Shown here: positions 53,820 to 64,000 of the stretch, in pieces
Numbering within the stretch: position 1 is the first letter of the stretch
How the letters are laid out: every line of letters begins with the position of its first letter
Assembly (NCBI RefSeq): GCF_001194135.2
Contig: NC_069003.1
Coordinates: forward strand, 37,294,265 to 37,358,264
Direction of reading: 5' to 3'
DNA: 64,000 nt
Source: Octopus bimaculoides
Taxonomy: Eukaryota
Made by a program: the position numbers and the translations under genes
The notes under the pieces: generated by a model
Seen by the model: only the letters and a program-made list of their open reading frames with translations
The model's database searches: none
Told to the model about the DNA's origin: nothing

Positions 53820-56800
53820 TCAGATTGCTTGTGCTGGTTGGCATAAGTATCCTTCAGTTACAATTTGTCGGTACAAGGAGATGTATTTGCTGCCTTTGGT
53901 CGTATGTTTAATTAGGAACTGTGTGAGGAAATGTTGTTTTGAAACATCGGCTGGCAAAACGCCGTTTAATTTCAGGAAACTCGTTACAAAACTGAAGCAG
54001 TTATGGTCTTCTTCATGATATCTGTAAAAAAAACAAAAACAACAATAAAAAATATGTATTTAAATATGATTAATCCATTTGATAGCCATCCACTTAAGAC
54101 CACCACTCCTGATTCTATGAAACAAACTTTCTGTTTTAAAGTGACTTAAAAACCTTCCTTCAAAATTTTAAGTTTCAAACACCAGCTTAATAATGACAAA
54201 GTTAATTAATTAAATTTTTCATTATTTTCAGAATCAGTTGAAACAAAGTCAGTGGATTTCAACAGAAAAATGATAAGAAAATGGTTAAATGATTAGGAAA
54301 GTCGTTAAACCTCAACCCTGCTTTTGTATAATGAAGCCAGGTGAGCCTTTGGATGCCTTATTTTACACAATTCCAAAAGTCTACAATAATATTCATATCC
54401 AGACAACCATTTTCATTTGTCTTTCTTTAGATTCTCACATTGACCCAGTAACACAACACACGTCTTTAGATTTACACATCCTCCCCTTAAATCTACACTG
54501 TTTCCATTTTGTAGATGTAAATGTATATAATTCTACAGTTTTATCATAAGTACACTCTACAGAAAAATACTCCATCTAGTGGGAGATAAATATCATTTAA
54601 TGGACACAATTTATGAAAAAGTTACCAATAGCTTCATGTTTTTAGAGATACAATCATTTGGCAGATTTAAATAACATGTATCTCAAAGCAATCTTTCAGG
54701 ATGAAAATCTTGGTTTTCCGAATTTTCTTTTCTCTCTTCTTCCACTTTTTGTATTAACATTCTTCACATTTTCTTCATCTCATTTTACCTCGTATTTTCT
54801 CATTGGCCAGCATCCTGGTTTTTAAATACATCTAATGATATGCATTGAACCTGAAAGATTCCTTAGAGATACATGTTATATAAATCTACCCAAATTATTG
54901 TATTTCTAAAGCATGGAACTATCAGTAGCTCTTTTTTAAATTGTCAATATTAAATGACACACACACACATATATATATATGCCAGCATGGAAGATGGGTG
55001 TTAAATGGTGATGATAATGATAACATACACACACACACATATACACTTGAACTACAAACACATAGATAAACATACATCATGGTACACTGCCAGCATACAT
55101 CCAAACACACATCTAGAGGCATATACGTGGCTGAGGCAAGTGAAGAAACAATAAAATGGAAGGGATTACCTTTGTGGTACCCAGGTGAGGTCTTGTGAAT
55201 ATCGGGCAAGCTGACCATCCCATTCTGTTTCGAAGAGTCTGTTGGTCAACAGGTCACTGAAAGAAACAGCAATACAGCATGTCCAGGAGATCGACCCGAT
55301 TGTGATGCCGTTTTCATCGTATTCATATACAACACCTGTCAAAAACAAACAAGAAAACAGGTGTTTTAACATTAAAGAATTGGGAGTCGTTCATTCATTA
55401 TTATGTGAGGAGGAGGAGAAAGAGTGGTTCAATGTTGATATGGTGAATTATGAACTATGAGACCATCATCAGCCAACAAGGAAACCTCTAAAAATCGCTA
55501 GAAACAGCAGCCAAATTTCCTTCCAAACACACCTAGTGTCTTAAGGTGACACCATATTTGAGGCAAAGAGGTGACTGCTATGAATCAGTCTGAGAACTGC
55601 TACATTATGGAGTTCTTGATAAACCCACAAAAGGACAGGAATGGTCATGGTTGGCATGCCTTTGCTCATAGGTTTGTTGTGAACCCTAGGACTCACAAGG
55701 CCAGAACTTCAACTGGCTTCTGTGCTGCATAAGTGATTGTGATTACAACACTCCCTCCTGGACAAGATGCCAGTCCATCACAGGGTTAACTTCCCTTCTG
55801 CTGCTGGAACATATTTACAGGTGAGTGGACTGGAACAACATGTACCACCTGGTCTGGGTATTGAACCCATAATCTTATGATTGTAAGTGCAACACCCTAA
55901 CCACTAGGCCACATGCTTTCACATAAGACATCAGAACCAATAATACATAAATCCATGATTGTTATGATAGAAAAAAAAGGCTAATCCCTTCGAGAATATA
56001 AATTTAGATTTCGATATTATTGTTTTTTTATCATTATTGTATATTGGGTGTGGTAGATGGAATAGGTAAGCATACATTTCCAAGGAAACACTCACTGCAA
56101 GTTTCCAATGATCTGTAATTGCAAAGTTAGCATTACTTGTTGTTAAACCTCATAGTTGTATAGAGGCAGTCATCTTATCAGAATCTCCCTCCAATTGGAT
56201 ATGGAACAAAATGTATGACACAAGCTGATTAATAAACTTTGTTGATTGTGTATTATCTGACATGGAATAAAAAATAATTGAAATGAAGGCATTCCATTGT
56301 GAAAATTGTCCGGTAACGACAACAACAAACTCCTGATACAGACGAAACTGGAGGACATGGTCAAGTAAATGAGCCCCAGTATGTGACTGGTATGCTATGT
56401 TTATCAATGTGGGGTGAAAGAAAGACAAAGGTGGTCTCAATAGGATTCGAACTTAGAGCAAACCTGAAATTATGAAAATAGAAACAATTGAAACACTCCA
56501 TGATTCCAAGAAAAAAAAAGTTTAATGGAATTGTTGTATTACCTTGTGAGTTCGTCACACCGATATGGAGGTTGGCAGCATTCTGGTAATCCCTGGAGGG
56601 ATGATAAAAAAGAAAAAAGAAAAATCAATAACAATATATGTGTATACATGAGGCTTCTTTTAGTTTCGGATCTCGCAAATTATTCTGATTCACTGAGAAG
56701 GAATTGGTTGACCAACCAAAGCATCGTAATTCCAGAAGACATTTGACCAAAATTCTGTGAAGAGAGACTCAACTATGGCGTTGGGAAGCAGACTTCTTAA

Positions 56801-58399
56801 TCACATGACCATGCCTGTACCTATGTGTGTGTGTGTGTATACTATTTTGGGTATCATTGATTTAATGGAGGTCAGCTGAGACAGGAAAGTAGATTATAAT
56901 AGACTGTGGAGCCAACAGAATTGCCTCTTTATTGTTTCACAACCTGCTAGAAGTAGCAGCCAAATCTCCTTTACTATCATGGTTTTAGGTACACTGTGTC
57001 TGGGAAAGACCAGATGGTCATGGTTAGAAGGTCTTTGTGAACAGGTCTGTTCTATCAGGGCTGAACTGGGGCTAAACAACAGCAGCAGAATGTATGTTGT
57101 TAATTTTTTTTTGTTTCTATCAGTTATGAGTCCCAATCTGAAGGCAGGGAGGGTTGCCTGGGAAGATCACTGAATTAAGTACCAGTAATATAGAGAGGTT
57201 CATTCGATCAACCAAACCCTGCCGCATTTTCCTTTAACAAGAAGTCTTACAAGCCAATGAGGAAGCCTCTCCATGGCTACTTGACCTGCTATAAAGAGCA
57301 GACAAAACTCCCTCAAATCACCCACTACTGGTGATTTGAGGGAGTAGTGGGTGGACACTACTCCCTCAAATGGACACCTTGGATAATATAGTTTGAAAAT
57401 GGACACATTGGATTCACTTTTGCTGCATGGAATTGTTGGCGTTGTGAGTGTTTATTGAGCGAAAACACCTAAAGCCCTACGAAGTTCCGGCAGCGGGTGG
57501 TGGTGAACCCTGCTGTACTCTTTCACCACAATTTTCTTTCACTCTTACTTCCTATTTCTGTTGTGCCTGTACTTCAAAGGGTCAGCCTTGTCACACTGTG
57601 TCACGCCGAATATCCTCGAGAACTACGTTAAGGGTACACGTGTCTGTGGAGTGCTCAGCCACTTGCACGTTAATTTCACGAGCAGGCTGTTCCGTTGATC
57701 GGATCAACTGGAACCCTCAACGTCGTAAGCGACGGAGTGCCAACAACAATGTAGGGTATTTCTAAAGTGTCCAGATGTTTGCTCAGGTTGGGTGTTATTA
57801 TTATTATCATTATACTTTTGACCCTAGGAAACAACTTCGCTTGCGCTTCTACAAACCTCCAGCAACATTTTAAAAACAAATCAACCTGCATTCGTTACGG
57901 TGACGTTTTTGATAACTTTCCTCTGTTTCGTTTTCTTTAGAATCTACTCCCTTCATCGTTCCAGAAACAACCGACAAAACTAAAAGCAACGGGATCCTCG
58001 TAACCATTTCCCCCTCACTTTATTATTCCCCGTTTTCCCAGTCTATGGAAGCGCGGTTAGCTCTTGGAGTTTCTCTTCGAGTTTAGTTGATAAAAAAAAA
58101 GTCTTTAAAAACAGTTAAAATTTACAGAAATGAAGTATAGATGTAAAGAAAAAAAAAGAAAAAGTTTCTTACTGAAGAAATGTACCCTGGGTAGGTTTAA
58201 CGACGACAGCAAAAGGCAAACGGACAGCATCTATAAAAGGGGATTCGATACGATAGGGAGGTAGAAGACTGTCGCTGTTGATAACATCACCGCTACAGAG
58301 TGGACATGTTGTTGGTAATTGACGACAATAAAATATATTTGTTTTATTCGAACAGTGTTGGAAACAACGAATTATGTCAAAGTCTTCTTCATTATCCAT
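53820..58399 (-). CDS. MKRN2OS: MKRN2 opposite strand protein-like (DUF4796), 4 exons, 214 aa
   Basis: Exons (minus): 58399-58173 (MDNEED...HC...CPLC...KPTQGTFLQ), 56592-56543 (DYQNAANLHIGVTNSQG), 55335-55170 (GVVYEYDENG...WVPQR) and 54021-53820 (YHEEDHNCFSFV...SKYISLYRQI...TGA). GT-AG introns with phases 2/1/2; total 645 nt. Matches recalled MKRN2OS motifs PTQGTFL, LHVGITN..G.VY.Y and HNC. Confidence 0.92.
54651..54900. mobile_element. MITE of about 250 bp with about 50-bp imperfect TIRs and TA target-site duplication (Tc1/mariner-type)
   Basis: The left end CAATCATTTGGCAGATTTAAATAACATGTATCTCAAAGCAATCTTTCAGG compares with the reverse complement of the right end CAATAATTTGGGTAGATTTATATAACATGTATCTCTAAGGAATCTTTCAGG. 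TA lies at 54649-50 and 54901-02. Confidence 0.8.
57438..57749 (+). mobile_element. 5'-truncated, CpG-retaining SINE with (CAA)n tail, antisense in MKRN2OS intron 1
   Basis: It begins GGCGTTGTGAGTGTTTATTGAGCGAAAACACC and ends GACGGAGTGCCAACAACAA, with a 3' hairpin at 57689-57714. Recognised as a cephalopod repeat body from memory only. Confidence 0.6.
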
Positions 58400-58882
58400 G
58401 GAAAATCTTTGTAAGAACAAAATGAGGAAAAAGAATGAAATTTAATAATAGTGAGACACCTGTTACTAATGTTAATTAATTACAGGTGAGAAGCAATAGA
58501 GTAATCTCCCCTTNNNNNNNNNNNNNNNNNNNNNNNNNNNNNNNNNNNNNNNNNNNNNNNNNNNNNNNNNNNNNNNNNNNNNNNNNNNNNNNNNNNNNNN
58601 NNNNNNNNNNNNNNNNNNNNNNNNNNNNNNNNNNNNNNNNNNNNNNNNNNNNNNNNNNNNNNNNNNNNNNNNNNNNNNNNNNNNNNNNNNNNNNNNNNNN
58701 NNNNNNNNNNNNNNNNNNNNNNNNNNNNNNNNNNNNNNNNNNNNNNNNNNNNNNNNNNNNNNNNNNNNNNNNNNNNNNNNNNNNNNNNNNNNNNNNNNNN
58801 NNNNNNNNNNNNNNNNNNNNNNNNNNNNNNNNNNNNNNNNNNNNNNNNNNNNNNNNNNNNNNNNNNNNNNNNNNNNNNNNNN

Positions 58883-59200
58883 TGACGTCGCCTTAATTGG
58901 CGGCTTATTTAAATGACGTCTTGTCGGATGTTCAGGGTGGATGAACGTATGAAAGGATTTCAACAGGTTCTGGCCGGACGTTGAAGACCTGAAAGCGTAC
59001 AAGGTTCGTGCAACAACCGGAGTAGAGAACAATTCCCCTCTCTGTTGAAGTTTGTTTGGCGAGCTGAAAGTAAGAATCATTATTTTTCCTTTTTTTACGA
59101 CATTTTTTGTAGAGCTTTCGAGACTAGAACGGGTGAAAGTTTTCGTCATACCGAAGACCTCGTTCAAACTTGCAACTGAGTGGGGTCCCTCTCTAAAGGC
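58883..59200. promoter_or_regulatory. CpG-enriched candidate promoter region upstream of MKRN2OS, with two CRE-like TGACGTC motifs
   Basis: TGACGTC at 58883 and 58914, with locally high CpG density, about 500 nt 5' of the MKRN2OS ATG and across a gap. Confidence 0.4.
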
Positions 59201-59738
59201 TCCGAGAGTCAGGCATCTTGTGAATTTTCCGAAAGTTCCTCCCCCACCCCGTTCGTTTGTGCAAATTTTTTCTTTTCATTTTCTACACAGTTTATAAACA
59301 CCTAACAGGCTTTTTTTGTTTCGTTTGTTTTCGTTAACGGGAGTCCGTCTTTATATTAACCATTTTATCAATTCGGAAAGCATGAACGGCAAAGTCCACC
59401 TCGGCGGAATTTTAACTCCGAACGTAAGGATGGACGAAATGTCTCTAAGCATTTTTTTTTGCCCAGCGCGATAACGATTCTGCCGTTTCGCCGCCTTCCA
59501 CCTGCTAGAAATATCAGCCACATCTCCCTTAAATCGCCGCCTTAAAAACAGGACATTTAAATAATGTAGTTTTAGACTGGAATTTCTTTAATACTGCTCG
59601 ATGAATCATCAAGAAGAACCCTTAGAACGGCGGACAAACTATTTTCCATTGGTGCCTATTTAAGAAATCAGTGTTTAATTCTGAATTCGAATTCTATCGA
59701 AATGATCCAAGATAAAGTATTTCGAGACGTTCAAAGAG

Positions 59739-62700
59739 TCAGATAACTGCAAATTGGCTGAGTGGAAGACATGAATATAAACGTTCATTTGATTCAATTT
59801 TACTTCCAGTGCCCGAGTATTTCTGAGTTATAAGTTTATGTGAAACACCTGCTGTCGCGTGAAGGACATACCCAGCTATCTGTTGAGTCCATTGTGAGGA
59901 GGATAGTCCCGCCGCCTTCCTTTGGTCGGGAAGAGCAGGCTGTTTTTCTTTGCCTGGTGGTAGCCTTAGCGAAAGCGGTTGAAAGGGCTGAAGACAGATA
60001 CTTTCCTCTTTGGCCAAGACTTCATCAACTTTTCCAAATTTCACTTGAAAGGGAAAGTGAGTGGGGAGAGGGAAGTTCTGCCCCAAATGTCGTCTATTTT
60101 CCATGGGTTGAACAGTTTGACAGTATCTGGCAAGTTGCAAGGCCGCATCGAGCTCCAGTTTAAGATTTGCTTTGGTTTCNNNNNNNNNNNNNNNNNNNNN
60201 NNNNNNNNNNNNNNNNNNNNNNNNNNNNNNNNNNNNNNNNNNNNNNNNNNNNNNNNNNNNNNNNNNNNNNNNNNNNNNNAGACTGCAATCTCTGCTGCGA
60301 TGGGTCCAGTTGACTGGCAAAAAACAGACTGCAATCTCTGCTCCATTAGGTCCAATAGACTGGCAAAAAACAGACTGTAATCTCTGCTCCGTTGGGTCCA
60401 TTTGACTGGCAAAAAACAGACTGCAATCTCTGCTCCATTGGGTCCAGTTGACTGCCAAAAAACAGACTGCAATCTCTGCTCCATTGGGTCCAATTGACTG
60501 GCAAAAAACACTGCAATCTCTGCTCCATTGGGTCCAGTTGACTGGCAAAAACAGACTGCAATCTCTGCTCCTCTGAACTACTAAGTTCACCTTTACCCCA
60601 ACTCACCATTGCAATTTTCTTTTCCTTTTGGTGAAATGTCCTTATAATGACTCTCTTGCTAGGCTCATTCATCTGCAGTGTCAGTGCTCTCTGAAGTTTC
60701 TGTCCATGTTCACCTGTTTTGTCCATGTTCACCTACACAAATTTAAACTGAATCTTAAACCTGTAAAAGGAGCAATAAAGGTCATGAGTCTTGTAACAAC
60801 CCTACTCAGTGATCAGTCAAATACTTTAGTTTCATTCAAACCTACATTTATTTACTCACTGTACATATTTTGTCATCACTAATCATAAGCTCTCACACAC
60901 ACCTTGTCTACTTACCCTCGGTGCATCTAAGTGTCCATTGATGTAACTCAGGTTCACATTGTCGTCCCAGTATTCCTTGTAGTGTTTCGCTGCCCTATTC
61001 ATGTATTTCCGGTGAACCCAACAGATCAAAGGAATGCCTGAAGAAAGAGAAACACAGTTAAGACCAATTAAGGGGTTTTTTTCTTCTTTTATTTTATACT
61101 CTATTCACTGACAGCATATCTAAGTCCAATTTCTTGTGGGGGACAAGGTCTGTTGTGTCCAGAGATGAATGTTGAAGGTGATGTGATATATTGGGGTGGA
61201 AATCGCACTAGTTCACTAGAGTGTGTGCTTTGGAATTTGCTTTGGAAGGCTCTAAATGGGAATGGAGTTTGGCATTTTGGTATGACAGCTACTTAATCAG
61301 GAGTCTGCTATTAGAGGTGCTATTTCTATGTGATAGATGTTTTGACTTGATTGGCCATGGACTCATATACATGGTCAGTTTGTTATTAGTTAGCTGGCTA
61401 TTTTAGGGACATCAGTGTGAGATCAATTAAAAGTGTAATGGAATTATTTTAATTAAGAGTGGATGTATATATAAACATGCAAGAAAAGGAGTGAAGAAAG
61501 AGTCAAAAAGAGTCGATTAATCCAGAGAAGTGATAGAAAGCAAATCTGTCAAAAGTGATGGAAAATGTGCCGTACTTACTGATACCCAAAATAATAATTG
61601 CTGCTCCAAATGAGATACCAATTATTTCTGGTGTGCTAAGATATGTGTCCGTGGCATGGGTGCCGGAACCGGTATCTGTGGAGTAATTGGATGCCACCCG
61701 GGTATGGTCACTGGAGAGGGGACCCAATGTGGAAAGTGTCCGTGTGCCGTTGGCAATGAGGGCAGGGTTGTCACCACCGGTAGACGGACCCGATGTGAAG
61801 GAGTTCAACATGCCAGTATCAGGATGGGTAGTGGTGGTGGTGGTGGTGGTGGTGGTTGCAGCGCCCCCTGTTTGGGTGGCATTGTTCACCGTTATCACAA
61901 CCTGGCTGCCACTGCTGCTGCTGCTACTATTACCTCCTCCGCTACCCCCACCACTCCCACCACTACTGCTGCTACTGCTGCTGTTGCTGCTGTGAGTCTG
62001 GGAGATATTCATTGCTATTTCTGCTGCTGCTGCTGCTAATGTACTTTGTTGTATTGTTGTTGTCCCTGTCGTCGTCTGTTGGACCCTAAATGGTGACCAA
62101 GTTCTAACTGATGTTGGAGTTGTTGATATTGGTGCCAATGATGTTGCGCTTCGGGCTGAACGGAGCTTCACAACAACACAACACTGTCCTGTCTCAACGA
62201 ATTCTTCAAAGTTCAGTAATTTCTTTCTCAAAGTGGAACTCTGGTGAGTTTGCATGTTTCTCACATGGTCCGCTGACTTTGTGGCAATCGCAATCGTCAG
62301 TGGAAGGAGTGGATGAGCGCGAGTGCGTGTCGTCTTCGTCGTTGGAAGTTGAGTGTTAGAAGAATGAAAGGAAGGAGGCTGGCTCAAAGCGCTGCTAATC
62401 TTTGGCGTGATTATATTTCTGCGAAGTATTCGCTTTCTTTGCAGGACAAACTCCAGAGACTGGCTCAAAGGCCCAGACCTCTGGCCAGAGATATTAGATG
62501 AAAGGGTTAAAGGCTGTTGTGTTGACAAACTTTCCAATCTGAACATTGGCCCTGAACTACTTGGATCCCTCTGGCTATTGCTTTTGGCTGGAAGAGTTTT
62601 CGCTGTGGCTGCATGCTGGCTAGTAAGGGTGGCCAAATGCTTCATGGACGGAACAGTAAATTTCCTGGTAGACAATGACAGGTATTGTGTGTAGGACTGT

Positions 62701-62905
62701 TGCTGCTCTTGTTTGTGTGCTTGGTGATGGTGAGAGTGCTGGGGTTGTCTGCGAAATTCTTGGGGCTCCTGCTGCTCATGAGAGATTTTAGATGGATTGC
62801 GGTCAACTAGTTCGGAGACCTCTTTTTCCGTGGCAGCTCTGACTCCAGAAGTGCATTCTAAAGAATCTGGATCGAATAAAATTATCAGCACAAGTAGTGG
62901 AACAT
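59739..62905 (-). CDS. Uncharacterised single-pass (type I-like) membrane protein with mucin-like Ser/Thr/Gln-rich ectodomain; 5' exon(s) not found in the window
   Basis: Large exon 62905-61580 (acceptor tttttcag|, donor A|GTAAGT) joins in phase 1 to exon 61037-60916, giving TM helix IIGISFGAAIIILGISIPLICWV and tail HRKYMNRAAKHYKEYWDDNVNLSYINGHLDAPR. A probable phase-0 exon lies at 60732-60607 (tgtag| ... |GTGAGT). A tentative last exon is the open frame 60179-59739 beyond a gap. The 3' structure is uncertain. Confidence 0.7.
60281..60570. repeat. 46-bp minisatellite, at least 6 copies, running into a gap
   Basis: Unit GACTGCAATCTCTGCTCCATTGGGTCCAGTTGACTGGCAAAAAACA repeated in tandem. Confidence 0.95.
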
Positions 62906-63185
62906 CTGAAAAACAAAAGGTGTAAAAAGAGATTTTAAATAGCAACAATTCATTTTCTTTCAGTTTTGTTATCATCATCATCGTCATCATTTTCATTGTT
63001 ATTGATTTTATTTTTATCCAAGCTACTCCAAGACTCATCTAGAGACCTCAAATAACAGGAAGTTGGATATTTTACTATGGCTGCTATTTTAGGAGTAGCA
63101 ATTATGTATTGTAGGGAAAGGTGATCAAAGAATTAAGAATTCCAATATTATTATAAAAGTGATCAAAGAATGAGAATTAAGATTC

Positions 63186-63238
<53 letters not shown>

Positions 63239-63239
<1 letters not shown>

Positions 63240-63670
63240 GGTGGCGAGCTGGCAGAATGGTTAGCATGTCGGGCAAAATGCTTAGCGGTATTTTGTCTGC
63301 TGCTACGCTCTGAATTCAAATTCTGCCAAGGTTGACTTTGCCTTTCATCTTTTCAGGATCGATAAATTAAGTACCAGTAAAACACTGGGTTGATGTAATC
63401 AACTAGCCTCCTCCCCTCAAATTTCAGGCCTTGTGCATTATTATTATTATTATTATTATTAAGGTGGTGAGCTCACATAATCATTAGTATGTTGGACAAA
63501 ACTGCAACATTTATTCCAGTTCTTTACATTCTGAGTTCAAATTCTGCAGAGATCAATCATGCCTTTCATCCTGTTGGGGTTGATGACATAAAGTACCAAC
63601 TGTGCACTGGTACCCATGCAAACGACTAGCTCCCCCCCACCAATTCAGACCTTGCACCTATAGTAGAAAA
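63239..63670 (+). mobile_element. Two tandem tRNA-derived SINE copies (family with GGCGAGCTGGCAGAA head) flanked by (ATT)n
   Basis: A-box-like TGGCAGAATGG and B-box-like (G/A)TTCAAATTC; body CCTTTCATC...AAGTACCAG...AATTTCAGGCCTTGTGC. Other copies in the window: about 18700-18910, 19490-19920, 29870-30075, 34850-35005, 42690-42845, 45285-45400, 51200-51670, 59380-59500 and 50620-50660. Confidence 0.8.
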
Positions 63671-63906
63671 AATTTTATTATTTTTATTCCTATTCTTCGT
63701 TTTCGAGTTATGTCATGTCTCAGCTCCTTTGCAGAAGAAACCCTAACACTTTCCTCAACATGGGTTGCTCTGAATATTGCTGCTGCCAACTTTTCATGCC
63801 AGGATATTGCTTTCTTTGAGACAGTCCTAAATGTATCGACAAGGAAAGATATCACGCTCACTTTACAAATCTCTATGAATGCATTTCACTTTCAATGCTG
63901 GGTTAT

Positions 63907-63940
<34 letters not shown>

Positions 63941-64000
63941 TTACTACAGTAGTTTTCTAGTTCTTGTGTTCTTTCATTAACTGACTAATATTCTTTGTAG

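Larger units (their letters stand above)
1..64000. repeat. Dense (TA)n, (CA)n, (GA)n, (AAT)n and (CAT)n microsatellites throughout; many flank N gaps
   Basis: Examples: 7336-7381 (TA), 9328-9518 (GA), 9895-9936 (TG), 22220-22290, 26035-26091, 63188-63237 (ATT). N gaps start near 986, 2803, 7382, 9393, 24870, 26092, 27556, 37455, 50180, 58514 and 60180. Confidence 0.95.

Noticed and set aside
58941-59050. Plus frame MNV-TGA-KDFNRFWPDVEDLK... as a selenoprotein
   Set aside because: Very short, no recognisable SECIS or Sec motif, and no homology.
60281-60570. 46-bp repeat as a CRISPR-like array
   Set aside because: The units are contiguous with no unique spacers, there are no cas genes, and the context is eukaryotic.
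63239-63340. tRNA-like A/B boxes as tRNA genes
   Set aside because: They are heads of multi-copy SINEs with no intact cloverleaf.

Overview
Eukaryotic, AT-rich, microsatellite-dense draft genomic DNA with many N gaps. The SINE/LINE landscape suggests a cephalopod (Octopus-like) genome; this is inference. I reconstructed six protein-coding loci by hand, checking splice phase. (1) A quick-to-court-like coiled-coil protein with a GRIP-like C-terminus (minus strand, 5 exons, 516 aa). (2) NSMCE1 (plus, 2 exons, 262 aa). (3) PTRHD1 (minus, 2 exons, 119 aa). (4) An intronless, N-terminally shortened Hop/STIP1 paralog with only TPR2A-TPR2B-DP2 (plus, 324 aa). (5) MKRN2OS/DUF4796 (minus, 4 exons, 214 aa). 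(6) A 5'-incomplete orphan mucin-like single-pass membrane protein (minus). The rest is SINEs, RTE-like LINE relics, an R4/Dong-like relic at a (TAA)n tract, mariner and pogo relics, a MITE, and mini/microsatellites. I found no rRNA, bona fide tRNA, CRISPR or prokaryotic system. The best leads are the short Hop copy, a possible permuted papain-like catalytic pair in MKRN2OS, the orphan membrane protein, and retroelements associated with (ATT/AAT)n tracts.
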